Assembly (NCBI GenBank): GCA_001897995.1
Contig: MKRV01000315.1
Coordinates: 545-64,544 of the forward strand
Source of the DNA: Alphaproteobacteria bacterium 65-37
GTDB taxonomy: Bacteria > Pseudomonadota > Alphaproteobacteria > Reyranellales > Reyranellaceae
Length of the DNA: 64,000 nucleotides
Reading direction: 5' to 3'
Positions 1-9,450 of this stretch are shown here, in pieces (position 1 is the first letter of the stretch; each line of letters starts with the position of its first letter). Both the position numbers and the translations under genes were made by a program. A model generated the notes under the pieces. It was not told the origin of the DNA, ran no database searches, and saw only the letters and a program-made list of their open reading frames with translations.

Positions 1-1204
1 CCGCGCCGCCCATGGCGCCACCGCCGCCGCCGCCGCTGGTGTCGCCGGCACCGCCGCCGAACCCGCCGGCGCCACCGGTGGTGCTGCCCCGACCGCCGCC
101 GCCACCGAAACCACCGGCATTGCCGGCGCCGGCGCTGTTGCCGCCGCCGCCGCCACCGTAACCGCCCACGCCACCGACGCCGGCGCCGCCGCCGCCGCCG
201 AAACCGCCGGCACCGGCAAGGCCGTTGATGTTGTCGCCGCCACCGCCGCCGAAGCCGCCGTTGCCGCCGCCGTTGAGGCCGCTGCCGCCGCCGCCGCCGA
301 AAGCACCGGCGCCGCCGCCGGTAGGGTTGGTGCCCTCGCCGCCGCCGAAGCCGCCACCCCCGCCGGCGTTGCCAACGCCCCCACCGGCGCCGCCGTTGGC
401 CCCGCCGGTACCACCCACCCCGTTGCCGCCGGAGCCGGTGAGACCGGCGATCGACAGCAGGCCCGCGGCGCCCGACCCGCCGGCGGCGCTGCTGCCGCTG
501 TAGCCGCCGCCGCCAGAACCGGCGCCATTACCGAAAATGCCGCCGCCGCCACTGGAGCCATTGCCAAAAATGCCGCCGCCACCGCCGACGCCGTTGCCGC
601 CGAGGCCGCCGCCAGCGGCCGCCACCGCGATGTTGCCATTGCCGCCCGTCGCCGCGTTGCCGGAGAAGCTGACGTTGGTCAGCGTCACGTCGGCCGACTG
701 GTTGACGAACAGAGCGCCGCCGGCGCCCAGACCGCCGGAGGTGTTGCCGTTGCCGCCCCGGGCGAGGCCGCTCGACAGCGTGACGTCGTTGATCGCGACC
801 TGCGGGCGGTCGGCGATGATCGAGCCCACCACGGTCCCGCTGGCCCGCGTCGCCTCGTCGACGCCAACCATGAAGATACGCTGGGTGTTGTTGCCGCTGA
901 TGGTGAAACCGTTGCCGTTGATCGTCACCGAGTTGAAGATCGGCGACAGCGGGCCCGACAGGGTGACGTTGGTCTGCAGGTTGATGATGAAGCCGCCGGG
1001 CGGCGCCACCGAGGCATTGACCTGTGCCAGCGCCGCGCTGAGCGTGCCGGCGCCGCCGGTCGCGCCGGCCGCGGTGGTGCCGCTGTCGGCGGCGACGGTG
1101 ACGTTGATCACGGTCTGCGCCTGCGCGCCGGCCGCGAGCGCTGTGAGGCTGGCGGTTACGAGCAGGGCTGCCGTCAGCCGGGGCAGATTAAGCGATAGTT
1201 GCAC
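1..1204 (-). CDS. Gly-rich secreted/surface protein, probably the passenger region of an autotransporter (5' part only; runs off the window start)
   Basis: Not in the ORF track because it has no stop inside the window. Manual translation from GTG at 1204: MQLSLNLPRLTAALLVTASLTALAAGAQA|QTVINVTVAADSG...TLSGPLSPIFNSVTINGNGFTISGNNTQRIF...GGLGAGGALFVNQSADVTLTNVSFSGNAATGGNG, then GGC-rich G/N/A repeats (GGGGIFGNG twice). The signal peptide ends in AQA. The frame stays open upstream (ATG 1342), so the start is uncertain. The Pro-rich + strand ORFs are its antisense shadow. Confidence 0.8.
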   Translation of the reverse strand, partial: MQLSLNLPRLTAALLVTASLTALAAGAQAQTVINVTVAADSGTTAAGATGGAGTLSAALAQVNASVAPPGGFIINLQTNVTLSGPLSPIFNSVTINGNGFTISGNNTQRIFMVGVDEATRASGTVVGSIIADRPQVAINDVTLSSGLARGGNGNTSGGLGAGGALFVNQSADVTLTNVSFSGNAATGGNGNIAVAAAGGGLGGNGVGGGGGIFGNGSSGGGGIFGNGAGSGGGGYSGSSAAGGSGAAGLLSIAGLTGSGGNGVGGTGGANGGAGGGVGNAGGGGGFGGGEGTNPTGGGAGAFGGGGGSGLNGGGNGGFGGGGGDNINGLAGAGGFGGGGGAGVGGVGGYGGGGGGNSAGAGNAGGFGGGGGRGSTTGGAGGFGGGAGDTSGGGGGGAMGGA

Positions 1205-1618
1205 GCCATGCCTGAACAGGCGCTGCAACACGGGATACTTCGCGTTGATTGGGGGTCCGTCGACCAACTCGCGACAACGGCGACGTCGTTCGATGCCGGG
1301 ATAGCGAGCCTCGTCGCGTCTGTTACCAGTCACGGACGACATCTGAGCATAGTCGATGTGAGCGGCGAGAGACTCGTCACCACTGCCTTGACGCGTCTGT
1401 CGCATCCCGTATCCCCCCACCCATACCCTGTCTGCATCTGCCCGCGCATTCTCCGTCGCGGTGCACTTATTATTCAATGACTATAAGGACTTGCGCAATC
1501 AAATGCGTGCGGCGAAGGCTATCGAAAGATCAAAGATTCATTAACTCGGGGACTCACGCTGGGCGCCTGCCTACGATTGATGATTTCTCGGTCATAGATC
1601 AGTTTCGTCGGGAAGCAC

Positions 1619-1865
1619 CTACCATGTCATGCGTACGTCGATGGTTCCGGCGTGAGCGTTGTCAGCGCCGCTGATGTCGCCCTCGTAGCGGAAGAACAGG
1701 GAGGAGCGCTCGTCGATCACGGTAGTGGTGTCGAACTCCAGTACCACCCCACCGATCTACACCCCGATCACCGAGCGCAACGAGCTGGTCGTCTGCTGCG
1801 CCACCGTCAGGTTCAACGAGGCCGCCCCCACTCCGTGAACCCGTTCTGTGTCGCCGAGGAGCTTG
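1619..1865 (-). pseudogene. Degenerate autotransporter beta-barrel C-terminal fragment
   Basis: Minus-strand translation: ATQNGFTE(W/G)[frameshift in a G-run near 1825-1830]AASLNLTVAQQTTSSLRSVIGV*(TAG 1757-1759)IGGVVLEFDTTTVIDERSSLFFRYEGDISGADNAHAGTIDVRMTW*. The terminal aromatic residue and alternating strands fit an autotransporter barrel end. One frameshift, one in-frame stop and an apparent internal deletion. Confidence 0.7.
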
Positions 1866-1949
1866 AAGCAGGGTTTGGAATGGCCGGCCGCCAGAAGGTA
1901 GCTGCCGGCGGTGGCTGCAAACGCTGCGACTGCCGAGATCCCGTCGGAC

Positions 1950-2302
1950 CGACCGAGGCTGTCAGCTTCGCGGCCGTCAAGGGCATCGTACATTCGCCTT
2001 CCGTAGCAGCGACCATCCTGAAACCCCAAGCCCGCGACGCCCTGTTCAACGCCATCGCAACGGCAAGGCGATGGATTGACGACCTGCGACAAGGGCGACG
2101 TGCCTCCTTCGCCGAGATTGCCCGGCAGGAAGGCCAGGTCGAACGGCATATCCGTTTGCTCGCCCCGCTCGCGTTCGTGTCGCCCCGGATCGTGTCGACA
2201 ATCGTGAAAGGCACGGCGCCGGGCAACCTTACCGTCACCGGTCTTGCCCGGGCTCCGCCGTATTCCTGGGCCGAGCAGGTCCAGGCCAGCGGCCGTCAAT
2301 AG
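1950..2302 (+). pseudogene. C-terminal remnant of a large serine recombinase (recombinase/resolvase family)
   Basis: SFAAVKGIVHSPS...ARDALFNAIATARRWIDDLRQGRRASFAEIARQEGQVERHIRLLAPLAFVSPRIVSTIVKGTAPGNLTVTGLARAPPYSWAEQ resembles the conserved tail of alphaproteobacterial island recombinases. There is no catalytic N-terminal domain upstream, and it lies about 280 bp from a tRNA 3' end. Confidence 0.75.
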
Positions 2303-2581
2303 CCAATCGACAGCACCGGCAGCTGTGGGAGCCGCGCCAACGGGCCGGCTCGAAGCGACTTCCTCGCCTGATTGCCTCGCTGCCAGTGCCCATCGGGGCC
2401 GCCTCGGTCATCGCGAAACGGATATCGAAAAAAGCGGCCAGAGACTGATGTTGGAATTGGAGCGCTCCCGCGCGCAACATCGTCAAACCGGCAGGTAAAG
2501 ACTGTCGCTGGTCGACCTAGGTCGCTGAAATCTCGCGACTTCCTCCGTATCCGGAAATCCCGTGACGACGATTGCCGCGGT

Positions 2582-2656
2582 TGGCTGGGGCGCCAGGATT
2601 CGAACCTGGGGATGGAGGAATCAAAATCCTCTGCCTTACCGCTTGGCTACGCCCCA
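2582..2656 (-). tRNA. tRNA-Gln (anticodon UUG)
   Basis: Reverse complement TGGGGCGTAGCCAAGCGGTAAGGCAGAGGATTTTGATTCCTCCATCCCCAGGTTCGAATCCTGGCGCCCCAGCCA. Acceptor stem TGGGGCG/CGCCCCA, anticodon arm GAGGA-TTTTGAT-TCCTC, TTCGAATC T-loop, encoded CCA. Confidence 0.97.
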
Positions 2657-2732
2657 GCAGGCGCCGGTTCGGGCGGGCGGGAACATAGAGGGTTGGCGCC
2701 ACGACGCAACCCCGACCGAACGGCGTCGCCGT

Positions 2733-3245
2733 TTATGCCGCGTTGGCGTGCTTCAGGGCGTCGACATGCACAAAGGCGCCGTCGGCGTAGAGCAACGGCT
2801 TGGCGTCGGCATCGAGCGCGAGATCGACGATCTCGCCGATATAGATCGTGTGCGTGCCGGCCGAAACTTTGGTCACCAGCCTGCAGTCAAACGACACCGG
2901 GCAGCCTTTCAGCACCGGCGCGCCGGTGCTCAAGGTGAACCAGTCGCCCATGTCACAGAAGCGCTCGTCCCCTTCGATGCCGTCCATGCCGGCGAAGCGC
3001 TCCGCCAGCTTGCGGTGCGGGGGCGCCAGGATGTTGACGCAGAAGACCCCTGCCTCGCCGATCGGGTCGTGGGCGCTGGCGGTCTTGTTGACGCAAATCA
3101 GGATCTGCGGCGGCTCGGCGGAAACCGAGCAGACGGCCGTGGCCGTCAGGCCGCCGCGCAGATCCCGGTGCCGGGTCGTGATCAGGGTGACGCTCGCCGC
3201 GAGGTGGCGCATGCCCTTCTTGAAGGCAGCCGCATCGATGCTCAT
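2733..3245 (-). CDS. Flavin reductase family protein (HpaC/RutF-like)
   Basis: FKKGMRHLAASVTLITT, GLTATAVCSVSAEPPQILICV, GTHTIYIGEI. Start placed at ATG 3245 (MSIDAAAF). Confidence 0.9.
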   Translation of the reverse strand: MSIDAAAFKKGMRHLAASVTLITTRHRDLRGGLTATAVCSVSAEPPQILICVNKTASAHDPIGEAGVFCVNILAPPHRKLAERFAGMDGIEGDERFCDMGDWFTLSTGAPVLKGCPVSFDCRLVTKVSAGTHTIYIGEIVDLALDADAKPLLYADGAFVHVDALKHANAA

Positions 3246-3442
3246 GGCAGCGACTCTAAAGCACGCCGCCAAGGCACGGCTACTGCAAAGAACGGTGCGA
3301 AACTCCCGCTAAACGCCCGGCCGGTCAGCGAAATCCCCAGATTTCGGTCCAAATACGCAATCACCGTGTTGCAATAAAACCTTCATCAGACTGTCGTTCT
3401 TTGCGGTTGCCCCGCCGCTTGCGGTCGCTACGGTCGGGCAGC

Positions 3443-4303
3443 ATGGCGGCGCGCAAGAATGGACTTTCCCCCGATACGGCCCCCGATGTCGCTCTGCGGC
3501 ATATCGTGACGAGCTGCCATGTCGATCTTTCGAAGTACCGGACCGTCGCTCTGGAGAGCCGCCGACCGATCGGCATTCACCAGACACGTGTCGCTTTCCG
3601 GCGCATGCGGGCGGCCTTCAGCGTGTTTCGCGACGCCGTCAACGGCCCTGACGTCCGTTCCCTGTCGGCCGAAGCCAAGTGGCTGGCGGGCGAATGTGCC
3701 CCCTCTCGCGACCTGCACGTCTTCCTGACGGAGACCGTCGAGGATGTGCCGCCCACGGTCAGCCGGATCGCCGCCCGACTTGCCGCGGTTCACCTGCAGC
3801 GCGCCCGCGCCGCCTTGTCTGGCGCGCGTTTCACGGCCTTCGACCGTCAGCTCGCCGCCTTCGCCGCCCAGCCGCCCTCGGGCCGCAACAGCCGCCTCGA
3901 GGATTTCGGCCGTGAGGTTCTCGACAAGAGGCATCGCAAGGTGGAGCGCCGGGGAGACGGCCTTGCCCACCTCGATGTCGAGGAGCTCCACGAACTTCGC
4001 ATTGCGATCAAGAAGCAGCGCTATGCCGCCACCTTCTTGCAGCCCGCCTTTGCCTCTGCGGCGACCAAGCCCTATATCGAGGCAACGGTGCGCCTGCAGG
4101 GCGCGCTCGGCGCCTTGAACGACCGTGCGGTGGCAGCCCGAATGCTGGACGACATCGCCACGGCGGCCCGACCGACGGAGGACGTCGCGGGCTCCCTCAA
4201 GGCCCTCACCAAGCAGGCGGGGAGCGGCGACAAGCGCCGCCGCCGCAAGCTGGAAGGGGCCTGGAAGGACTTCAAGAACACTGAGCGCTTCTGGCTGGCG
4301 TAA
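3443..4303 (+). CDS. CHAD domain protein
   Basis: IHQTRVAFRRMRAAF, RDLHVF, ELHELRIAIKKQRYAA, LQGALGALND are CHAD motifs. Start at ATG 3443. Confidence 0.85.
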   Translation: MAARKNGLSPDTAPDVALRHIVTSCHVDLSKYRTVALESRRPIGIHQTRVAFRRMRAAFSVFRDAVNGPDVRSLSAEAKWLAGECAPSRDLHVFLTETVEDVPPTVSRIAARLAAVHLQRARAALSGARFTAFDRQLAAFAAQPPSGRNSRLEDFGREVLDKRHRKVERRGDGLAHLDVEELHELRIAIKKQRYAATFLQPAFASAATKPYIEATVRLQGALGALNDRAVAARMLDDIATAARPTEDVAGSLKALTKQAGSGDKRRRRKLEGAWKDFKNTERFWLA

Positions 4304-4357
4304 ACATCGCTGTCATTCCGAGCGACGCGAGGAACGACACGCTTCACAGGGCCGACC

Positions 4358-5524
4358 ATGAGCGACACGCAGAACGCCGCCGAGCAGCGTATTCCCGTCA
4401 CCGTGCTGACGGGTTTCCTCGGCAGCGGCAAGACCACCCTCCTCAACAAGCTGCTGCGCCGGCCGGAGCTGGCCGACACCGCGGTGATCATCAACGAGTT
4501 CGGCGAGATCGGTCTCGACCATCTGCTGGTCGAGAAATCCGACGACGAAGGCATGGTCACCCTGAATTCGGGTTGCCTCTGCTGCACCGTTCGCGGCGAT
4601 CTCGTCCGCACCATGAGCGAGCTGTTCCTGAAGCGCTCGCGCGGCGAGGTGACGCCGTTCAAGCGCATGGTGGTGGAGACGACCGGCCTCGCCGACCCCG
4701 CCCCCATCCTGCACACGCTGATGACCGATCCGCTGCTCGCCTCGCGCTATCGTCTCGACGGCGTGGTGACCACGGTCGACGGCGTGAACGGCGAAAGCAC
4801 GCTCGACAATCACGAGGAAGCGGTGAAGCAGGCCGCCGTGGCCGATCGGCTGCTGCTGACCAAGACCGATATCAGCGAGGCCCCCAAGCTCGAGCAGCTC
4901 AAGGGCCGACTGCACCAGCTCAACCCCGGTGCGCCGTTCCAGGCCATCTCCGATGGCGAGGTCGACCCCAATGCGATCCTGAACGCCGGCCTCTACAATC
5001 CCGACACCAAGACCGCCGACGTGAAGCGCTGGCTGCACGAGGAGGCCTACGAACACGGCCATGGCGGCGGGCACCATCACCACCATGGGCACGGCCACGA
5101 TCATGGACACGGGCATGATCATGGGCACGATCATGATCACGGCCATGGCGAGCAGGATCCGCACAATCCCAACCGGCACGACGACCGCATCAAGGCCTTC
5201 TGCATGACCTTCGACGAGCCCATGAGCTGGTCGACCGTCGCCGCCGCCTTCGATGCGCTGGTGACCTATCGCGGCCCCGACCTGTTGCGCATGAAGGGCA
5301 TCCTGAACGTCAAGGACACCGACAAGCCGGTGGTCATCCACGGCGTGCAGCACGTCTTCCATCCGCCGGCGACGCTCGATGCCTGGCCCGAGGGCGACGA
5401 CCGCAAGAGCCGCGTCGTGTTCATCACGCGCGACATCGCCGAGAGCACGATCCGCAAGGTCTTCGCTTCCTTCTTCGATGCCGAGAAGAAAGGCTGGGGT
5501 CAGCCGGACGAAAAGAAGCCGTAG
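4358..5524 (+). CDS. COG0523/CobW-family GTPase metallochaperone with a His-rich insert
   Basis: GFLGSGKTT, NEFG, GCLCC (CxCC), ETTGLADP, His/Gly/Asp tract, and C-terminal LLRMKG...VIHGVQH. Confidence 0.93.
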   Translation: MSDTQNAAEQRIPVTVLTGFLGSGKTTLLNKLLRRPELADTAVIINEFGEIGLDHLLVEKSDDEGMVTLNSGCLCCTVRGDLVRTMSELFLKRSRGEVTPFKRMVVETTGLADPAPILHTLMTDPLLASRYRLDGVVTTVDGVNGESTLDNHEEAVKQAAVADRLLLTKTDISEAPKLEQLKGRLHQLNPGAPFQAISDGEVDPNAILNAGLYNPDTKTADVKRWLHEEAYEHGHGGGHHHHHGHGHDHGHGHDHGHDHDHGHGEQDPHNPNRHDDRIKAFCMTFDEPMSWSTVAAAFDALVTYRGPDLLRMKGILNVKDTDKPVVIHGVQHVFHPPATLDAWPEGDDRKSRVVFITRDIAESTIRKVFASFFDAEKKGWGQPDEKKP

Positions 5525-5560
5525 CGCGCAGCGCCGTTACTGCCAGAAAGCCGGGCCCCC

Positions 5561-6310
5561 ATGAGCCGGCACGGCGACGCAACCTATCCGCCGCTCAACA
5601 CCCTGAAGGCCGTCGCACCCGACCTCTGGATCGTGGACGGCCCGACCATCCGTTTCGGCGCCATGCCCGGCCTGAAAGTGCCGTTCCCGACCCGCATGAC
5701 GGTGATCCGGCTGGGCGACGACCTCTTCATCCATTCACCGACGCCGCTGCCCTCGTCCTTGCGGACCGAAGTCGTCGCCGCCGGCAACGTGCGCTGGATC
5801 GTCGGCCCCAACCGCATCCACTACTGGTGGATTCCCGAGTGGAAGGCGGCGTTCCCGCGGGCCGACGTCTGGCTGGCACCGCGGATCGAAGAGCAGGCGA
5901 AGGGCCATATCGCCCCGGGCTTCCGCCCGCTCGAGCGCGAAACCGGCTATCCCTGGGACAAGGCGATCGCGACCCTGCCGGTGGCCGGCAGCTACATGAC
6001 CGAGGTCGTGTTCTTCCATCACCCCAGCCGGACCTTGGTGCTGGCCGACCTCATCGAGAACTTCGAGCCGCACAAGCTGGGCTCGTTCGTGCTGCGCAGC
6101 CTGGTCAAGCTGGGCGGCGTGGCGGCACCCGACGGTCAGACGCCGCGCGACCTGCGTGCGACCTTCACCCGGCAGCGGCCTGCGATGAAGGCCGCCGTCG
6201 AAAGGATGATCAACTGGAACCCCGAGCGCGTGATCATCGCGCATGGGCGTTGGTTCGAGACCGAGGGAGCAGCCGAGCTCCGCCGGTCATTCCGCTGGCT
6301 GCTGGACTGA
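5561..6310 (+). CDS. DUF4336 domain protein (metallo-beta-lactamase-like fold)
   Basis: PFPTRMTVIRL, LFIHSP, IVGPNRIHYWWI, EVVFFHHPSRTLVLADLIENF, ERVIIAHG. Confidence 0.8.
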   Translation: MSRHGDATYPPLNTLKAVAPDLWIVDGPTIRFGAMPGLKVPFPTRMTVIRLGDDLFIHSPTPLPSSLRTEVVAAGNVRWIVGPNRIHYWWIPEWKAAFPRADVWLAPRIEEQAKGHIAPGFRPLERETGYPWDKAIATLPVAGSYMTEVVFFHHPSRTLVLADLIENFEPHKLGSFVLRSLVKLGGVAAPDGQTPRDLRATFTRQRPAMKAAVERMINWNPERVIIAHGRWFETEGAAELRRSFRWLLD

Positions 6311-9300
6311 CGCCGGCGGCGTGGTCGCGGCCTTCTTCTCGCGGTCGCGTCCCAGCGCCCGCTGCACCACCACGAAGAAGACCGGCACCATCAGCAGGGC
6401 GAGCACCACGACGGCGATCATGCCGCCCATGACGCCGGTGCCCAGCGCCTGCTGGCTCTTGCCGCCGGCACCGGTCGCGATCGCCATCGGCAGCACGCCG
6501 CAGACGAAGGCAAAGCCAGTCATGAGGATCGGCCGGAAGCGCAGCTTGCAGGCTTCGAGCGTCGCCTCGACCAGCGGCGTGCCACGAGCGCGCAGATCCT
6601 TGGCGAACTCGATGATCAGGATGGCATCTTTGGCGGCAAGACCGATGATGGTGATCAGCCCGACCGTGAAGTAGACGTCGTTCGAGAGGCCGCGCAGATT
6701 GGCCGCGACCACCGCGCCAGCCATGCCGAGCGGCACGGTCAGCAGCACGGCGATGGGAATCGTCCAGCTCTCGTAGAGGGCGGCGAGGCAGAGGAAGACG
6801 ACCAGCGCCGACAGCGCCAGCAGGAACGGCGCCTGCGACCCCGAGAGCTTCTCCTGCAGCGACTGGCCGGTCCATTCGTAGCCGAAGCCGCGCGGCAACT
6901 GGCCGGCGAGCCGCTCCATCTCCGCCAGCGCGTCGCCACTGGTATAGCCCGGCTTCGCTTCGCCGCTGATACGCACCGAGGGATAGTAGTTGAAGCCCAC
7001 GATCTGCGTCGGCCCCTTCGCCCATTCGACCGTGGCGAAGGACGAGAACGGCACGAGTTGGCCCAGCGAGTTCCTGACGTTGTACGCCAGGATGCCGTCG
7101 GGATTCATGCGGTTCGCCGCTTCGCTCTGCACGATGACGCGCTGCATGCGGCCCTGGTTGGGGAAGTCGTTGACGTAGGCCGAGCCGAGATTGGTCGATA
7201 TCGTGTTGTTGATGTCCTCGAAGGTGACGCCGAAGGCGCTCGCCTTCTCGCGGTCGATCATCAGATTGACCTGCGGCGCCGCCGGCAGACCTTCGACGTA
7301 GACGTTCTGCAGGATCGGGCTGGCATTGGCCGCGGTGACCAGCTGCTCCGCCGCCCGGTTCAACGCCGTCTGGCCTTTCTGGCCGCGGTCCTGCAGGCGG
7401 AAGCTGAAGCCGGCCGAATTGCCGAGATTGTCGATCGGCGGCGGCTGCAGGGCCGAGACCTCGGCGTCGCGGATCGAGGCCAGGTCGCGGTTGATGTCGG
7501 CGACAATGGCGGCCGCCGATTCGTTCGGCCCGCGCTCGGACCAGTCCTTCAGGGTGATGAAGGCCTGCGCCGTGTTCAGGCCCTGGCCGAGGAAGCTGTA
7601 GCCGGTGATGAAGGTGACATCCCCGACGCCAGGCTTTTCGGCCAGGTACTTCTCGACCTTCTCGACCGCGGCCTCGGTGCGGTTATACGAGGCATCCGCC
7701 GGCGTCTGCACGTCAGTGGTGATGAAGCCCTGGTCGTCGACCGGCAGAAAGCCGCCGGGCAGGCGCACGAAGGCCCAGCCCAGCGCGATCAGCAGGGCGG
7801 CGTAGATCGCCATCAGACGGCCGGTCCGTTTCAGCGACCAGCCGACGACGCCGGTATAGCGGTCGCGCACCCCATCGAGCGTGCGATTGAACAGCCCGAA
7901 CAGGCCGCGCTTGGCGTGGCCATGTCCGGCCTCCACCGGCTTCAGCAGGGTGGCGCAGAGCGCCGGCGTCAGCGACAGCGCCATCAGGGCGGAGAAGCCG
8001 ATGGCCGCCACCATGGTGACGGAGAACTGGCGATAGATGATGCCGACCGAGCCCGGGAAGAAGGCCATCGGCAGGAACACCGCAACCAGAACCAGGGTGA
8101 TGCCGACGATCGCACTGGTGATCTGGGTCATCGCCTTGCGGGTCGCCTCCTTGGGCGACAGCCCCTCCTCGGCCATGATGCGCTCGACGTTCTCGACGAC
8201 CACGATGGCATCGTCGACCAGGATGCCGATGGCCAGCACCATGCCGAACAGGGTCAGCATGTTGATCGAGTATCCCACCGCCAGAAGCGTCGCGCAGGTG
8301 CCGAGCAAGGCGACCGGCACCACGATGGTCGGAATGATGGTGTAGCGGATGTTCTGCAGGAACAGGAACATCACGATGAAGACCAGCACCACCGCCTCGA
8401 TCAGGGTGATGACGACCTTCTGGATGGAGGCCTTCACGACCGGCGTGATGTTGTAGGGGATCTGGTAGCTGATATTGGCGGGGAAGAAGCGCGACAGCTC
8501 CTTCATCTTCGCCTCGACGGCGCTGGCCGTGGCGAGCGCATTGCCGGTCGGCGACAGCAGCACCGAAAGACCCGCCGTCGGCTTGCCGTTCAGGCGGGTG
8601 GTGAACTGATAGCCCATGCCGCCGATCTCGACGCGGGCGACGTCGCGCAGCCGCACGGTCGAACCGTCCGGATTGGCGCGCAGCACGATGGCGCCGAATT
8701 CTTCGGGCGTCCCGAGCTGGCCCTTCACCAGCACGAGCGCCGACACCGGCTGCTGCGGCGTGCTGGGTTCGGCCCCGACGCTGCCCGAGGCGACCTGGGC
8801 ATTCTGGGCGTTGATCGCCCGCGTGACGTCGTCTGCCGTGAGGCCGAAACCCACCAGCTTGGAGGGATCGACCCAGACGCGCAGCGACCGCTCCGTCGAG
8901 TAGAGCGTGGCGCGGCCGACGCCCGGAATACGCCGGATCTCGCCCAGGATGTTGCGCACCATGAAGTCGCCGAGGCCAACCTCGTCGAGGCTGCCGTCGG
9001 TCGAGGTGAGCGTGATGATCTGCAGCACCGCGCTCGAGGCTTCCTCGATCAGGATGCCCTGCTGGATCACCGAGCGCGGCAGGCGTGCTTCCACGCGCTT
9101 GATGCGGTTCTGCACTTCGACCGAGGCCAGGCTGGGATCGGTGCCGGGCACGAAGTTCGCAATGATCTCGACCTGCCCGAGCGAATCGCTGGCCGACTCG
9201 AAGTTCAGGATGCCGGAAGCGCCGTTCAGCTCCTCTTCGATAAGGCGCGTCACGCTGTTGTAGAGATTCTCCGGCGACGCGCCGGGATAGCTCGTGCTCA

Positions 9301-9433
9301 CCGAGATCGAGGGCGGCGCGATGATCGGATACTGCGCAATCGCCAGCAGCGGCACGGAGATCGCACCGATCAGGCAAATGAAGAGAGCGACGACCCATGC
9401 GAAGATGGGCCGATCAATGAAGAAACTCGGCAT
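6287..9433 (-). CDS. RND efflux transporter permease (AcrB/MexB family)
   Basis: 1048 aa; FFIDRPIFAWV, QYPIIAPP, GILVDDAIVVVENVER, RFRPILMT. Confidence 0.96.
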   Translation of the reverse strand: MPSFFIDRPIFAWVVALFICLIGAISVPLLAIAQYPIIAPPSISVSTSYPGASPENLYNSVTRLIEEELNGASGILNFESASDSLGQVEIIANFVPGTDPSLASVEVQNRIKRVEARLPRSVIQQGILIEEASSAVLQIITLTSTDGSLDEVGLGDFMVRNILGEIRRIPGVGRATLYSTERSLRVWVDPSKLVGFGLTADDVTRAINAQNAQVASGSVGAEPSTPQQPVSALVLVKGQLGTPEEFGAIVLRANPDGSTVRLRDVARVEIGGMGYQFTTRLNGKPTAGLSVLLSPTGNALATASAVEAKMKELSRFFPANISYQIPYNITPVVKASIQKVVITLIEAVVLVFIVMFLFLQNIRYTIIPTIVVPVALLGTCATLLAVGYSINMLTLFGMVLAIGILVDDAIVVVENVERIMAEEGLSPKEATRKAMTQITSAIVGITLVLVAVFLPMAFFPGSVGIIYRQFSVTMVAAIGFSALMALSLTPALCATLLKPVEAGHGHAKRGLFGLFNRTLDGVRDRYTGVVGWSLKRTGRLMAIYAALLIALGWAFVRLPGGFLPVDDQGFITTDVQTPADASYNRTEAAVEKVEKYLAEKPGVGDVTFITGYSFLGQGLNTAQAFITLKDWSERGPNESAAAIVADINRDLASIRDAEVSALQPPPIDNLGNSAGFSFRLQDRGQKGQTALNRAAEQLVTAANASPILQNVYVEGLPAAPQVNLMIDREKASAFGVTFEDINNTISTNLGSAYVNDFPNQGRMQRVIVQSEAANRMNPDGILAYNVRNSLGQLVPFSSFATVEWAKGPTQIVGFNYYPSVRISGEAKPGYTSGDALAEMERLAGQLPRGFGYEWTGQSLQEKLSGSQAPFLLALSALVVFLCLAALYESWTIPIAVLLTVPLGMAGAVVAANLRGLSNDVYFTVGLITIIGLAAKDAILIIEFAKDLRARGTPLVEATLEACKLRFRPILMTGFAFVCGVLPMAIATGAGGKSQQALGTGVMGGMIAVVVLALLMVPVFFVVVQRALGRDREKKAATTPPASVQQPAE

Positions 9434-9450
9434 GTGAGATCGCTAGAACG

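Noticed and set aside
225-1304. Pro-rich + strand ORFs (225..503 and 537..1304)
   Set aside because: They are antisense shadows of the GGC-rich minus-strand gene, which has a signal peptide and coherent domain structure.
1652-2302. 216-aa + strand ORF as one intact gene
   Set aside because: It is chimeric. The first half is the antisense of the autotransporter remnant, and only the last ~115 codons resemble a recombinase.
5050-5150. CATG-rich repeats (CATGGACAC/CATGATCAC) as a possible repeat array
   Set aside because: They are simply His/Asp/Gly codons of the CobW metal-binding tract.
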